From assembly GCA_004431415.1 (NCBI GenBank), contig QPMI01000127.1, positions 242,415-306,414 of the forward strand: a DNA stretch of 64,000 bases, read 5' to 3'. The DNA is from Cyanophora paradoxa CCMP329 (lineage: Eukaryota > Plantae > Glaucophyta). Every line of letters begins with the position of its first letter. Positions within the stretch are counted from its first letter, which is position 1. Made by a program: the position numbers and the translations under genes. Positions 1 to 9,256 of this stretch are shown one piece after another. Under the pieces are notes generated by a model. That model was not told where the DNA came from. It made no database searches and saw only the letters and a list, made by a program, of their open reading frames with translations.

Positions 1-1338
1 CGCGGTGGCCCTCGCTGTCTGCGCCGAGCCGCTCGACGCCCTCGCCGTTCCATTCGTCCGCGCCCTGCTCGCCGGGGGCGGGCGCCTCCTCGGCCTCGTC
101 GCCCGCCGCCCTCGTCGCCCGCCGCGAGGGCCTCCCAGAGGCCCCTGAGGCCCCCCGCGCCCGCGCTTCCGCCCCGCGGCCTGCTGCTGCTGCTGCTGCT
201 GCGGCTGCGGCGGCGGCTGTTGCGGTTGCGGCTGCGGTTGCGGCTGCTGCGGCGCGCGGGGCCCCGCGGCGGCGCGCCTCTGCCTCTCCTCGGCGATTGC
301 GGCCCGCTGGCGCTCCTCCTCCTCGCGTGCCCGCTGCGCCGCCGACGCCTGCTTGCGATCCCAGGCCTCCTCGGGGGGGAGCCAGTCGGGGCGGAACCAC
401 GCGGGCCTCGTGAGCGGCGTGGGGGGCTCCGCCAGATCCGTCCGGATGCTCCCCTCGCGCAGCATCACCTCGGGCTCGAGGATGCGCCCCAGCTCCTCGG
501 GCCAGAGGCGTCCGTCGGAGCGCACGACCGCGTGGGGGCGGTACGCGCGCCCCTCGTCGATCTTACCCCTGCCGCCGCACTTGGTGCACCCCTCGCGGCG
601 CCCCGTGCGGTCCTTGCACTCCTTGCACTTGGACATCTTGCTCATGAGGAGCATGCGCAGCCCGGAGCCGCGGAAGACGGACTCGTCGACGATCTCCCGC
701 CACGCGGCGCGTCCCGCGCTCTGCTCCGGGAAGCGCTCCACGAGGCGCTGGACCACGCCGAGGCGGATCTCGTTCGCCATCGCCATGTCGAAGGCGAGGC
801 GGGGCCACAGGAGGTGGACGCCGGTCTTGATCCCTTCCGCGACCGGCTTGGACTGCGTCAGGCAGACCCAGACCGCGAGCTCCTCCGGTCCCATCGACGG
901 GAAGAAGTCGGCGAACACCCCCTGGACGGCGCGGACGATGTCGATGACGCGGTCCTCGGGGACGCGCTCCGCGTCGACGATGTCGAGGTCCATGAAGGCG
1001 CGGCAGACCTTCGTCTTCGTCTCCACGATGTACGCGCGCCCGCCGCCGTACATGTGCGCGATCACCTTGCCGTAGAACGCGTTCACCTTGGCCGGCTGCA
1101 GGATCTCGAGCGAGCCGCCGTCCAGCATGAGGTGCGTCACGGTGCGCCCCCGCTCGCCGGCCCGGATCCAGAGCTTCTCGGACAGGAGCCACGATCGCAG
1201 CTCCGACGGCGGACCGGAGTCCGGTCGGGGTTGCGCGAACTCGGTCATGCGTCGGGTGCGCGACGCGCCCGGCGCGGCGGCGCCACCCTGCGCGGCCGGT
1301 GCGGTCGTCGCCCTCGCCTTCGCCCCCGCCACGCTCAT
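1..1338 (-). CDS. Archaeo-eukaryotic primase (AEP/PrimPol) of NCLDV type, 3'-partial (runs off window)
   Basis: Manual translation from ATG 1338: VTHLMLDGG, motif I RAFMDLD, motif II KTGVHLLWP, motif III IVDESVFRGSGLRM, then CKEC..CTKC zinc finger; no stop found before position 1, so absent from ORF track. Confidence 0.88.
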   Translation of the reverse strand, partial: MSVAGAKARATTAPAAQGGAAAPGASRTRRMTEFAQPRPDSGPPSELRSWLLSEKLWIRAGERGRTVTHLMLDGGSLEILQPAKVNAFYGKVIAHMYGGGRAYIVETKTKVCRAFMDLDIVDAERVPEDRVIDIVRAVQGVFADFFPSMGPEELAVWVCLTQSKPVAEGIKTGVHLLWPRLAFDMAMANEIRLGVVQRLVERFPEQSAGRAAWREIVDESVFRGSGLRMLLMSKMSKCKECKDRTGRREGCTKCGGRGKIDEGRAYRPHAVVRSDGRLWPEELGRILEPEVMLREGSIRTDLAEPPTPLTRPAWFRPDWLPPEEAWDRKQASAAQRAREEEERQRAAIAEERQRRAAAGPRAPQQPQPQPQPQQPPPQPQQQQQQQAAGRKRGRGGPQGPLGGPRGGRRGRRATRPRRRPPPASRARTNGTARASSGSAQTARATA

Positions 1339-1459
1339 GGCGCTTTCCAGTTGTCTAAGGGGCGGGGGATTGTGTGGCGCGCCCTGGGCGCGCCCTCAAT
1401 CACCCCCGCCCCCTGGGCTTGGGGTGGTTCACCCCCACTGCGCTCGGGTGCGCGACCCT

Positions 1460-2626
1460 CTACCGGCGCGAGCGACCCGACCGCGTGCGGCGGCTGCGGC
1501 GGCTGCGGCTGCGGCTGCGGCTGCGGCTGCTCCGGCGCTGCGTGGGCATGCTCTGCGGCGCGCGCGACAGGTACGGCGTGCCGAAGGACGAGTACGAGTC
1601 CATCGTCGACGGGTAGATCGCGCCGGCCGACGGCGCAGGCGTCTGGTCGATGAGGCTCGACGCGTACTGGTAAGGCTGGAGGTTCATGTTGTCGAAGGGC
1701 GAGAGTCCCCCCGCGACGAGGTCGTTGCCGTTGCCCATCATGTATTGGTTGAGGAAGCCGGTGGCCTCCGGGTTGTAGTCGAACCCCTTGAGGCCACCAC
1801 GGCCACCTTTGCCTGGGCCCCAGAGGTCCATCGCCGTCCCCGATGTAGGGCAGAACACCTTCTCGGCGCGCCCGGATGACAGGGGTACGGGTTGGTTATT
1901 GATGTCGAGGTACAGGGGGGGTCGCTGGTCCTCTCCGCAAGGACCGAAGATCCTGCCGTCCTCCTCGGCGCGAGCCAAACTCAAGACATGGCCCTGCTCG
2001 ACGAGTTCATCGATGACGCCCGTGAACGCGTCCGGGAGGCCCTTGGCGCGATCGATGAGCTTCTTGTGCTCCCTGAGTGCCTGGATCTGAGCGGCAATGT
2101 ACATTCCCTGGGGCCCCGGGATGGCCTGGAACTTCTCGAGCATCTTGATCTGGCGATCCACCTCCTTGATCTGGACGGCAGCGAGGGCGCTGATCTGGGC
2201 CTTGCGCGAGATAGTCAGCTTGTCCACCATGTCCTTCTGGATCTGCATGGTGTACAGCGACTGGAGCGCCGCCAGCTCGGCCCCGCTGAGGGTCTTGTGG
2301 ACCAGCGGCTCCTGCAGGATATCTTTGAGTCTGTCGGAGTCGAGATCCTCCAGCGAGGGCGACGTGATCATGGGGGGGTGCATGGCGTCCGGGGCGCCAG
2401 TAGAGCCGTCTAGGCGCATGTTCTTCAGCTTGTAGGCCGCCATGGACAGCAGGATCTTGATCTGCGGTCGGGCCTGGTTCCGTATGCCGGACAGGTACGC
2501 GTGCCACGACCCGTCGGCTACACCGGCCGCTGCGGCCGGTACGGGACCATAGCCACCGGGGCCGTACACGCGGGCCATTGCGGCGTGGCGAACGTCGGGG
2601 GCGCCGTAGTTCATGCCGGCGTCCAT
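1460..2626 (-). CDS. Hypothetical viral protein with coiled-coil centre and Arg/Ser C-terminal tail
   Basis: 388-aa ORF, protein-like composition, strong GC3 bias, ends RRSSRSRSRSRSRRSRRTRSGRSRR. Confidence 0.8.
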   Translation of the reverse strand: MDAGMNYGAPDVRHAAMARVYGPGGYGPVPAAAAGVADGSWHAYLSGIRNQARPQIKILLSMAAYKLKNMRLDGSTGAPDAMHPPMITSPSLEDLDSDRLKDILQEPLVHKTLSGAELAALQSLYTMQIQKDMVDKLTISRKAQISALAAVQIKEVDRQIKMLEKFQAIPGPQGMYIAAQIQALREHKKLIDRAKGLPDAFTGVIDELVEQGHVLSLARAEEDGRIFGPCGEDQRPPLYLDINNQPVPLSSGRAEKVFCPTSGTAMDLWGPGKGGRGGLKGFDYNPEATGFLNQYMMGNGNDLVAGGLSPFDNMNLQPYQYASSLIDQTPAPSAGAIYPSTMDSYSSFGTPYLSRAPQSMPTQRRSSRSRSRSRSRRSRRTRSGRSRR

Positions 2627-2721
2627 CGGGTCGAGTGCTTACTCTTAGCCGCAGAAAGTTTCGCGCGGCCCGCCCCGTTCGGGCCGCCCCCACTTTTCTT
2701 GGCGCGCCCTCCCGAGGGGCC

Positions 2722-3327
2722 ATGGCGGCGCCCGAGCTCCTCGACCTCCCCGACGAGATCCTCGTCCTCGTCGCGGCGCGGCTCGACCTCGCCGCCCTCG
2801 CGGCCCTCGCCCGGACCTGCCGCCGCCTCGGCGCGATCGCAGCGCTCAACGACGTCTGGGTGCCGCACTACCGGGGCCTCACGCACCCCGAGGGGCGCAT
2901 CGGCCCGGGCAGCGTCCACGAGGGGCCCGTGACGTACCGCCGGTGCGCGCGCGCCCACATCCCGTACCCCGGCCTCGAGCACCTGGACGACCCGGTGCCC
3001 AACCCCGGCAACGCCGTCTGCCGCAACCGCGCGCACTACCGCGACCTCGAGCAGCCCGAGCTCCGCGCCCGCTTCCGCGACTTCCGCTTCCAGGTTGGAA
3101 AGCGCCGCCGCCGGGAGCTCCTGGAGCGCCCCGAGAACAAGTTCACCCCCGCCGACCAGCGCGGCGAGTGGCGCGCCGTCATGACCATCGCGCGCCAGCT
3201 GCGGTTCCTCGACGGCCTCGAGGAGAAGCGCGCGCGCGTCCGCCGCATCGAGGCGGCCTTCGCGCCCATCCGCGAGCGCGAGGAGCGCTCGCGCCGCCGC
3301 CGGTCCCGCAAGGACGGCGACGACTAG
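2722..3327 (+). CDS. F-box protein
   Basis: ATG 2722; N-terminal LLDLPDEILVLVAARLDLAALAALARTCRRL..ALNDVW matches F-box consensus. Confidence 0.85.
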   Translation: MAAPELLDLPDEILVLVAARLDLAALAALARTCRRLGAIAALNDVWVPHYRGLTHPEGRIGPGSVHEGPVTYRRCARAHIPYPGLEHLDDPVPNPGNAVCRNRAHYRDLEQPELRARFRDFRFQVGKRRRRELLERPENKFTPADQRGEWRAVMTIARQLRFLDGLEEKRARVRRIEAAFAPIREREERSRRRRSRKDGDD

Positions 3328-3626
3328 CGCCGCCCCCCTCGGCGGCGGCGGCGGGCCGACCGCGACCGCGACCGCGACCGCCTTCGCCGGCGGAACCGGG
3401 GCGCGCCGGCGAACCCGGGCGGCATGAGCGACATGGAGTCGTAGGGCGATATGCCGCCCTGAATGAGACTCGGACCGCCCATCGGAGGGGGGCCGAAGGG
3501 CGGCATCATGCCCATCGGAGGGGGGCCAGAGGGCGGCATCATGCCCCCGCCGCCCATCGGGGAGAAACCGGGCGGCATCATGCTCATGCCGCCCATCGGA
3601 GAGAAGCCGCCAGGTGTGATGTCCAT
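3324..3626 (-). CDS. Small Gly/Pro/Met-rich protein with Arg/Ser tail
   Basis: Repeats of MPPGFSPMGG type then APRFRRRRRSRSRSRS. Confidence 0.7.
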   Translation of the reverse strand: MDITPGGFSPMGGMSMMPPGFSPMGGGGMMPPSGPPPMGMMPPFGPPPMGGPSLIQGGISPYDSMSLMPPGFAGAPRFRRRRRSRSRSRSARRRRRGGRR

Positions 3627-3670
3627 CGCGGTTGCGAGGCGTATTATACAATCCTGCCTAGATTAAAACG

Positions 3671-4468
3671 ATGCAGCACCCCTACGCCTCCTCCATGGGC
3701 GTCACCGTCCGCCCCCGCATGCGCGGCCCGCCCGCCCCCGTCGCCCTCTACGACGACCGCGGCCGCTGCCGCGTCTACCGCCCCCACATGGGGCAGTGCC
3801 AGGCGGGCGTGCACGAGGGCTCGTACGAGGACGAGCAGTGCCGCACCCTCGCGTGCCTCACCTGGCCCATGTGCGAGCGCCACATGCGCGAGATCTGCCG
3901 CCTCGAGGTCCGGACCTCCACCATCCCCGGGGCCGGCATGGGCCTCTTCGCCGTCGGCGACCCCTCCGAGGTCGTCTTCGGGCCCGGTCGCCCGGGGCGC
4001 CACCCGCGGACCGGCGAGCCGCTCCCCGGCGAGCCGGGGCTCGTGTGCTTCATGGAGGGCGAGCTGCTCACGCAGGCCCAGTTCGACCGGCGCTACCCCA
4101 TGACGGCCACCGCGCCGTACGCCCTCGAGGTGCCCCCCTCCTCCATCCTCGACCAGATCTACCTCCGCGGCGTCGGCGGGTACGCCAACGACTGCGGCGT
4201 CTCCTTCGGCGACGGCCGCGTCGCCTTCAGGCGGGGCTACCCCACCCCCGAGGGCGCGCGCACCTGCTCCAAGCTCGGGCACAACGCCTACTTCGACTGC
4301 TCCAACGAGTCGCCGCGCCTCCTCGCGATCCGCGACATCCGCGGCGGCGACGAGGTGTTCGTCGCCTACGGCCGCGAGTACTGGAAGGGGCGCGAGGAGG
4401 CCGAACGGAGCAGCCGCGCCGCCAAACCCCCGAGGCGCGGAAGGCTGCCGGTGGAGGTGTACGAGTAG
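3671..4468 (+). CDS. SET-domain lysine methyltransferase
   Basis: STIPGAGMGLFA, YAND, HNAYF, IRDIRGGDEVFVAYGREYW; Cys/His cluster upstream. Confidence 0.9.
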   Translation: MQHPYASSMGVTVRPRMRGPPAPVALYDDRGRCRVYRPHMGQCQAGVHEGSYEDEQCRTLACLTWPMCERHMREICRLEVRTSTIPGAGMGLFAVGDPSEVVFGPGRPGRHPRTGEPLPGEPGLVCFMEGELLTQAQFDRRYPMTATAPYALEVPPSSILDQIYLRGVGGYANDCGVSFGDGRVAFRRGYPTPEGARTCSKLGHNAYFDCSNESPRLLAIRDIRGGDEVFVAYGREYWKGREEAERSSRAAKPPRRGRLPVEVYE

Positions 4469-4472
4469 GCGC

Positions 4473-6593
4473 TTAGCGGCGGCGCCGCGACCGTGTCTTC
4501 CGTAGCGGTTTGCGCCGGGATCGCCGGGTCCGCGTGCGCCTGGCCGGGGCCCAGTACAGCCCCGCGGCCGCGCCGTGTCGCGCTCGGTGGCGAGCTGCTT
4601 GGTAAGGCCCGAGGGCGTTGCGAGTACCGCCGATGTCGCCCCTATCATCGGCCTCGCCCGCGGGGCCCGACCAGTCGAGCATGCGGCGCAGGTTGGGCCT
4701 CGAGCTCTCCTCCAGCTGTCGCATTTGCTCTCGCCGCGAGCGTGCCTGTTCGCTCATGTTTATTGCCATGAAGCGGTCCCCTGTTTGGAAGAGGATCCCC
4801 CGAGTCAGGGTCGCGTATATGGCCGGGGTTACCGTCGACAGTGCCAGTTTCTCGCCGAGGGCCGACGGAAGGGATCCTTTTTGTATGAACTTGGTGAGAA
4901 TCCTAAACAGGCCCGGGCACTTGCTTGCGATTTCAGAGTCGGCTTTTGTTGCAACGTGATACGCCACCTGTGGGGCCCTCCTTGCTATAAGATCAATCAT
5001 CCCCAGCCCGACGACAAGCAGCCGCGTCAGCACCACCAGGCCTCGGGGGTGTTGGCCGCTCCTGCTGCCCGCCATCATGCCGGCCAAAATTCGAGCGTAG
5101 TCGTTGTCCGGGGAAGACAGAACTTCGAAGAGGAAATACATCGCCCAGATGGCGCACCGACCGGCATTGTCTATAACCGCTCTGTCGGCCTGGCGGTCCC
5201 GCTCGGCAAAAACCTCAGTAGGGGGGGCACTCACGGCGTTCGGTGGAGGCAGATTGCGATAGGCGGTGGCCGAAGGGAGGCCCAGATCACCGCTGGATGC
5301 CAGGTCTTGGGGCGGCGGGCCGAAGGCATCAGAGTCGGTGTTGGAAAGGAGTTTGTACGAGCCTGCGAGCCAGGCTTTCACGGCGACCAGCACTCCCGTC
5401 CCCCCAGAACGCCCATTCGGATCAAACAGAAACGCCTCACGCTTGGAGTTGTCGAGAACTAAAACACAGAGATGCCCTCCAATTGCTCGACGGTAGGCCC
5501 CCTTTTCCGCTAGACGGCGGCGGGTGCGCCGGAGCCCTTTTTCCGCTTTCTTGATGTTACCCGCCACGTTGTGCTCGGATGTTGCTGGGTCCACCTGCTG
5601 CCAAAAGTCGAGTTGGTCCTTCCAAAAATCGTACGATTGTTTGTCGCGATACTGAGCTTTGAACGCATGCGGCTCCTCGGCTGTCGACACGGCCTCGGCC
5701 AAGTTCGCGAGGAAGCCGACAGCAAGTGTGATACATACCACGGTGGATTTCGGAAGGTCGTTGACGTGCCACTGCTCTCGGGTGCCAAACCCCCTGTGCA
5801 TGACTGGTGGCCCGGTCAGCACTGGCCCGTCGTAATCGTAGGTGATGTTTAGAAAGGCGAGGATCGAAGTCGTGGTGCGACCTCGATCCCGTGCGACTGG
5901 TGCAGCGGTCAAATCGCTCCAAGTGAGAAAAGGTGTTTTCTTCACCGTCTCGAACCCCTCAATAAAGTGCGTCATGAACGCGTCGATGCCCGCCACGCAC
6001 GTGTCCTGGGACTCCCATAGAGCCTCTGCGATGGCCTGTGTGAGGTCGGTATGAAGGCTGGGCGGAAGCCAGGCGGGGATCCCCGCGTCTTCGTGCGCCA
6101 GGCTACTGGGCCAATCCCTCCTGAGGAAGTTCGCGTCGAACTCGGATCGCCCAGAGGAGTCGAAGATTCGTGGGACGTTGAGTCCCGACTGGAAGCCGTG
6201 TACAATGGGGAGAAGCCTGGGATCGTGCGTGAAAACGCCGAGCGAAGTACGTCGGGGGTCGTACCGGTCGTCCGAGCGTGGGAACGGGTCGTCCTCCCCC
6301 CCCTCCCAGTCCGGGACCGACACGAGCAATTGCTTATCGCCCTCCGCGTCATCGTCATAGATGCTCTTGGCTATGTCCATGGTTTCGATCAATACGACCG
6401 ATTTTTTCTCCCTCGCCTTTGCAGAGGCCAGAGGCATGGCGACCAAGCGTGTGCAGACCTCGACGCTCGCGGCGAAGACGGTGGCGACGGACCGCGTGGC
6501 GGCCGTCCGCGGCACCTTCGACGCCGGCGTCGCGACGGGCTCGCTCCTCCTGACGGGCGACCGGGGTTCCATCTCCTGCCGCTTCAGCCCCAT
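4473..6593 (-). CDS. Putative clan-CE-like (His-Asp-Cys order) cysteine protease with Arg tail
   Basis: GGHLCVLVLD..AFLFDPNG..Q..GRCAIWAMYF; 706 aa; ends RRTRTRRSRRKPLRKTRSRRRR. Confidence 0.7.
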   Translation of the reverse strand: MGLKRQEMEPRSPVRRSEPVATPASKVPRTAATRSVATVFAASVEVCTRLVAMPLASAKAREKKSVVLIETMDIAKSIYDDDAEGDKQLLVSVPDWEGGEDDPFPRSDDRYDPRRTSLGVFTHDPRLLPIVHGFQSGLNVPRIFDSSGRSEFDANFLRRDWPSSLAHEDAGIPAWLPPSLHTDLTQAIAEALWESQDTCVAGIDAFMTHFIEGFETVKKTPFLTWSDLTAAPVARDRGRTTTSILAFLNITYDYDGPVLTGPPVMHRGFGTREQWHVNDLPKSTVVCITLAVGFLANLAEAVSTAEEPHAFKAQYRDKQSYDFWKDQLDFWQQVDPATSEHNVAGNIKKAEKGLRRTRRRLAEKGAYRRAIGGHLCVLVLDNSKREAFLFDPNGRSGGTGVLVAVKAWLAGSYKLLSNTDSDAFGPPPQDLASSGDLGLPSATAYRNLPPPNAVSAPPTEVFAERDRQADRAVIDNAGRCAIWAMYFLFEVLSSPDNDYARILAGMMAGSRSGQHPRGLVVLTRLLVVGLGMIDLIARRAPQVAYHVATKADSEIASKCPGLFRILTKFIQKGSLPSALGEKLALSTVTPAIYATLTRGILFQTGDRFMAINMSEQARSRREQMRQLEESSRPNLRRMLDWSGPAGEADDRGDIGGTRNALGPYQAARHRARHGAAAGLYWAPARRTRTRRSRRKPLRKTRSRRRR

Positions 6594-6951
6594 GATGGTG
6601 GCCCTCCTGGGGACCGAGCCTCACCTGGAGTGCGCGCCCCTCCGCGTGACGAGGCAGGTCGTCACCCCCCATGCGTCCTTCGCCGGCCTCCTGCACCCCG
6701 ACCATGCCGCCGTCGAGGACGGGCAGCTGCGGCTCCTGGGGCGCGGCGTGTACAAGCTGACCGTCTACGGCCTCGCCGGCCCCGAGGACCCCCTTGCGCC
6801 CGCCCCCCCCGCGGTGTTCTTCGTCTCCGGTCCCGCCGCCCCCGTCGAGATCGCCGCCCCCCCCGCGGGCGCCCCCGGCCGCGCCCCCCGCCTCGTAATC
6901 GAGGTCCACTACCTCTACGGCGCCGACGGGGAGCCCGAGGACCGCGCGTGA
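6592..6951 (+). CDS. Stand-alone beta-rich domain paralogous to the C-terminal head of the 8608-9253 fibre
   Basis: VALLGTE..DGQLRLLGRGVYKLTVY..PPAVFFV aligns by eye with VAVLGAE..EGALVAVAPGLYRVCVY..PPSVAFV. Confidence 0.65.
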   Translation: MMVALLGTEPHLECAPLRVTRQVVTPHASFAGLLHPDHAAVEDGQLRLLGRGVYKLTVYGLAGPEDPLAPAPPAVFFVSGPAAPVEIAAPPAGAPGRAPRLVIEVHYLYGADGEPEDRA

Positions 6952-7004
6952 CCCTTTCCGCCCCACCCGAAAATCTTTGCGCGTCCTATCAGTAGTAGTG
7001 TTGA

Positions 7005-7754
7005 ATGGCACGCACGAAGACGACGGCCCGCAGGCCCGCTGCACCCGCTCCGACGTCGCCCGCCCGGAAGTCGCCCGCTCCGAAGTCGCCCGGTCGGAAG
7101 TCGCGGTCGCGGTCCAAGTCGAGGGACGAGGACGCCTTCGTGGACGTCGTGGACAACCCCGACAACGCCCACGAGTGGATCGAGGCCCAGGACCTGAAGC
7201 GGCGCCCAAGGCCGCGCACGCGGAAGCTCACGAGGCAGTGGACAACCGACGACGCCCGCGGCGCGCGGGCCTGGGCCGCCCTCGAGAGCCGCGCGTCGAA
7301 GAGGCCCCGGTCGGTCAGGAGCTACCGGAAGAACGTCGTTACCCGCGGCGACGTAAATTGGTACCGCACGATCCGAAATGACATGAAAGCAAGTGGGGCC
7401 CGTCGAGGCGATCGGATGTTCAAATGGTTCGAGCGTGAACGGCTAAACAAACAAATGGACCGCGAGGCGAGAGATATGAAGAGGTACAGGGACGAACTGT
7501 CCATCAGGTCACCGTCGCCGCAGCGACGGCGCCTCTCGCCGACCAGAGTCAGGGCTGGCGAGCCTGGCGGCCCCCGCGCGCGCCGCAGCGTGCGCCGCGG
7601 GAGCGCGGCCGACCTCGCAGGCCGCCTGGCGTGGAGGATCCAGCGGGAGCAGGCGCGGTCCAAGACGAGGCGCAAGCCCTTCGTGTTCCGCTCCCGCTCC
7701 CGCTCGCGCTCCCGCTCGCGTTCCGGGTCCGGGAGGCGGCGCGCGCGGTCCTAG
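7005..7754 (+). CDS. Basic protein with histone-H3-like N-terminal tail and RS tail
   Basis: Starts MARTKTTARR (H3: MARTKQTARK), ARKS at residues 19-22, SPxxK motifs; no histone fold seen; ends FRSRSRSRSRSRSGSGRRRARS. Confidence 0.8.
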   Translation: MARTKTTARRPAAPAPTSPARKSPAPKSPGRKSRSRSKSRDEDAFVDVVDNPDNAHEWIEAQDLKRRPRPRTRKLTRQWTTDDARGARAWAALESRASKRPRSVRSYRKNVVTRGDVNWYRTIRNDMKASGARRGDRMFKWFERERLNKQMDREARDMKRYRDELSIRSPSPQRRRLSPTRVRAGEPGGPRARRSVRRGSAADLAGRLAWRIQREQARSKTRRKPFVFRSRSRSRSRSRSGSGRRRARS

Positions 7755-8248
7755 GAGGGCCTCCGACGTCGGCTCCGCCCCCGGGACTGCGTGCGCCGCG
7801 CGCGGCGCGTTCGTCTCCGCCGGCGTCGCCGCCACGTCGGTGCCCGGTACTCTCCGCGACAGAGCGGGCATTCGTGGTCGAAGGCTGCCGCCACCAACGG
7901 CTGGCAGTCGCCGCAGATCTGGTCCGTGTGCTTCGACGACACCGTGCACCTGTGGAGGGGGGGGTCCGGGATGCGGAACCCCTCATCCATGCACACCGCG
8001 CACATCTCCCCGAACCGAGGCGGCGGCGGCGGCGGCGGCGGCCACCTCCCCTGCCCCACGCGCAGCTCGCGAAGTGCTTTTACTCGCCGTAGGATGTCCT
8101 CGATCGTTTCCCGCGGGGGTGGCACCGGTGGCGGACCCGGCAAACGCACCCGCTCCAGTACCGCAGTCTGGCGCGCCTGCGCCTGGCGCATTTGCTCGTC
8201 CAGCTGCTTCGCCCTGGCTAACAGCGCGGCCCTCTTTTCGGCATTCAT
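7751..8248 (-). CDS. RING-finger-like protein with poly-Pro and Arg tail
   Basis: ATG 8248; CAVC..C..H..CGDC..CPLC; ends APTWRRRRRRRTRR... Confidence 0.75.
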   Translation of the reverse strand: MNAEKRAALLARAKQLDEQMRQAQARQTAVLERVRLPGPPPVPPPRETIEDILRRVKALRELRVGQGRWPPPPPPPPRFGEMCAVCMDEGFRIPDPPLHRCTVSSKHTDQICGDCQPLVAAAFDHECPLCRGEYRAPTWRRRRRRRTRRARRTQSRGRSRRRRPS

Positions 8249-8343
8249 CTGGTAGCGGTGGGGTCCCAAAAGAATCTAGGGCCGCCTCGGACCCAGTCCA
8301 AGTGCCGTATGAGCGAGGCCATTGCAACCATACGCGAGAAATT

Positions 8344-8574
8344 TCAGTCGCTGTCGGAGAAGACGCGGTAGTACACGAGGGACGAGAGGGTCGTGAGCGC
8401 AAAGTACATGAAAAAGTCCGCCGCGGAGACCGTCTTCCCGGAGAGCAGCTGGACCACGAGCTGCATCACGACGCACACGAGGTAGAGGAGGGTGCTGTGC
8501 ACGCCGAGCTTCTTGATGCCGAACGAGTTCGCCACGCTCTTCTCGAGCGCGTCGATGGTCTCGCGGACGCCCAT
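8344..8574 (-). CDS. Small two-TM membrane protein
   Basis: 76 aa, two hydrophobic stretches, GC3 bias. Confidence 0.7.
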   Translation of the reverse strand: MGVRETIDALEKSVANSFGIKKLGVHSTLLYLVCVVMQLVVQLLSGKTVSAADFFMYFALTTLSSLVYYRVFSDSD

Positions 8575-8607
8575 GGTTCAATTATATCGTACATATTCAC
8601 TAGAGAA

Positions 8608-9253
8608 ATGCCGCCGCCTCCGCCGCCCCCGCCCAAGGTCACCCTCCGCGCCCCCGGCGCCCCGCTGACGCGCGAGGACCTCGCCGCCGCGACGGTCACG
8701 GTCGGCGCCCTCCGCGCGGGGGCCGTCACCGCCACGGGGCCGTCCGCGCGGCCACGCTCGCCGGCGACGGCAGCGCCCTCACGGGCTCGGCGGCGCCCTC
8801 GCCGGCAAGGACGTCGCCGTGCGCTCGATCGCGGCCTCGGGGCCCGTCCAGGCGGCCTCGTTCGTCGGCGACGGCGGGCGCCTCGCCAACATCGACCGAT
8901 CGGGCACCCCCTCGCTCGTGGCCGTCCTCGGCGCCGAGCTCCCCTGCTCGCTCGACGACGTCGCGCCCGTCTTCTCCGCCGCGCCCGACGCCCCGCTCCC
9001 GCCGAACCCCCGCTACGTCTCGGTCACCAAGGAGGGTGCCCTCGTCGCCGTCGCCCCCGGCCTCTACCGCGTGTGCGTCTACGACCCCCTGGGGGCCGAC
9101 GCCGCCCCGCCCTCCGTCGCTTTCGTGCGCGCCAAGGCGGGCGCGATCATCCCCGTCGCCCGGCGCGGCGCCTTCCCCCTGCCCGTCCCCGGCGAGCCCG
9201 AGCAGCCCCCCGCCAAGATGCAGGCCACGGTAGAGTTCGTGCACGGCTCGTGA
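8608..9253 (+). CDS. Short fibre protein (2 GDGS repeats + head), two apparent 1-nt frameshifts (~8735, ~8783)
   Basis: Adding one G in each of two G runs gives TGAVRAATLAGDGSALTGLGGALAGKDVAVRSIAASGPVQAASFVGDGGRLANI, the same repeat as 14637-19193. Confidence 0.7.
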
Positions 9254-9256
9254 TTT

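Noticed and set aside
220-1653. 477-aa plus-strand ORF
   Set aside because: Antisense shadow of the AEP primase; no motifs
6591-6594. Divergent genes sharing one CATG start
   Set aside because: Alternative downstream ATGs exist (6572, 6595); the true starts cannot be established
7005-7754. True histone H3 or CenH3
   Set aside because: No histone-fold sequence after the tail
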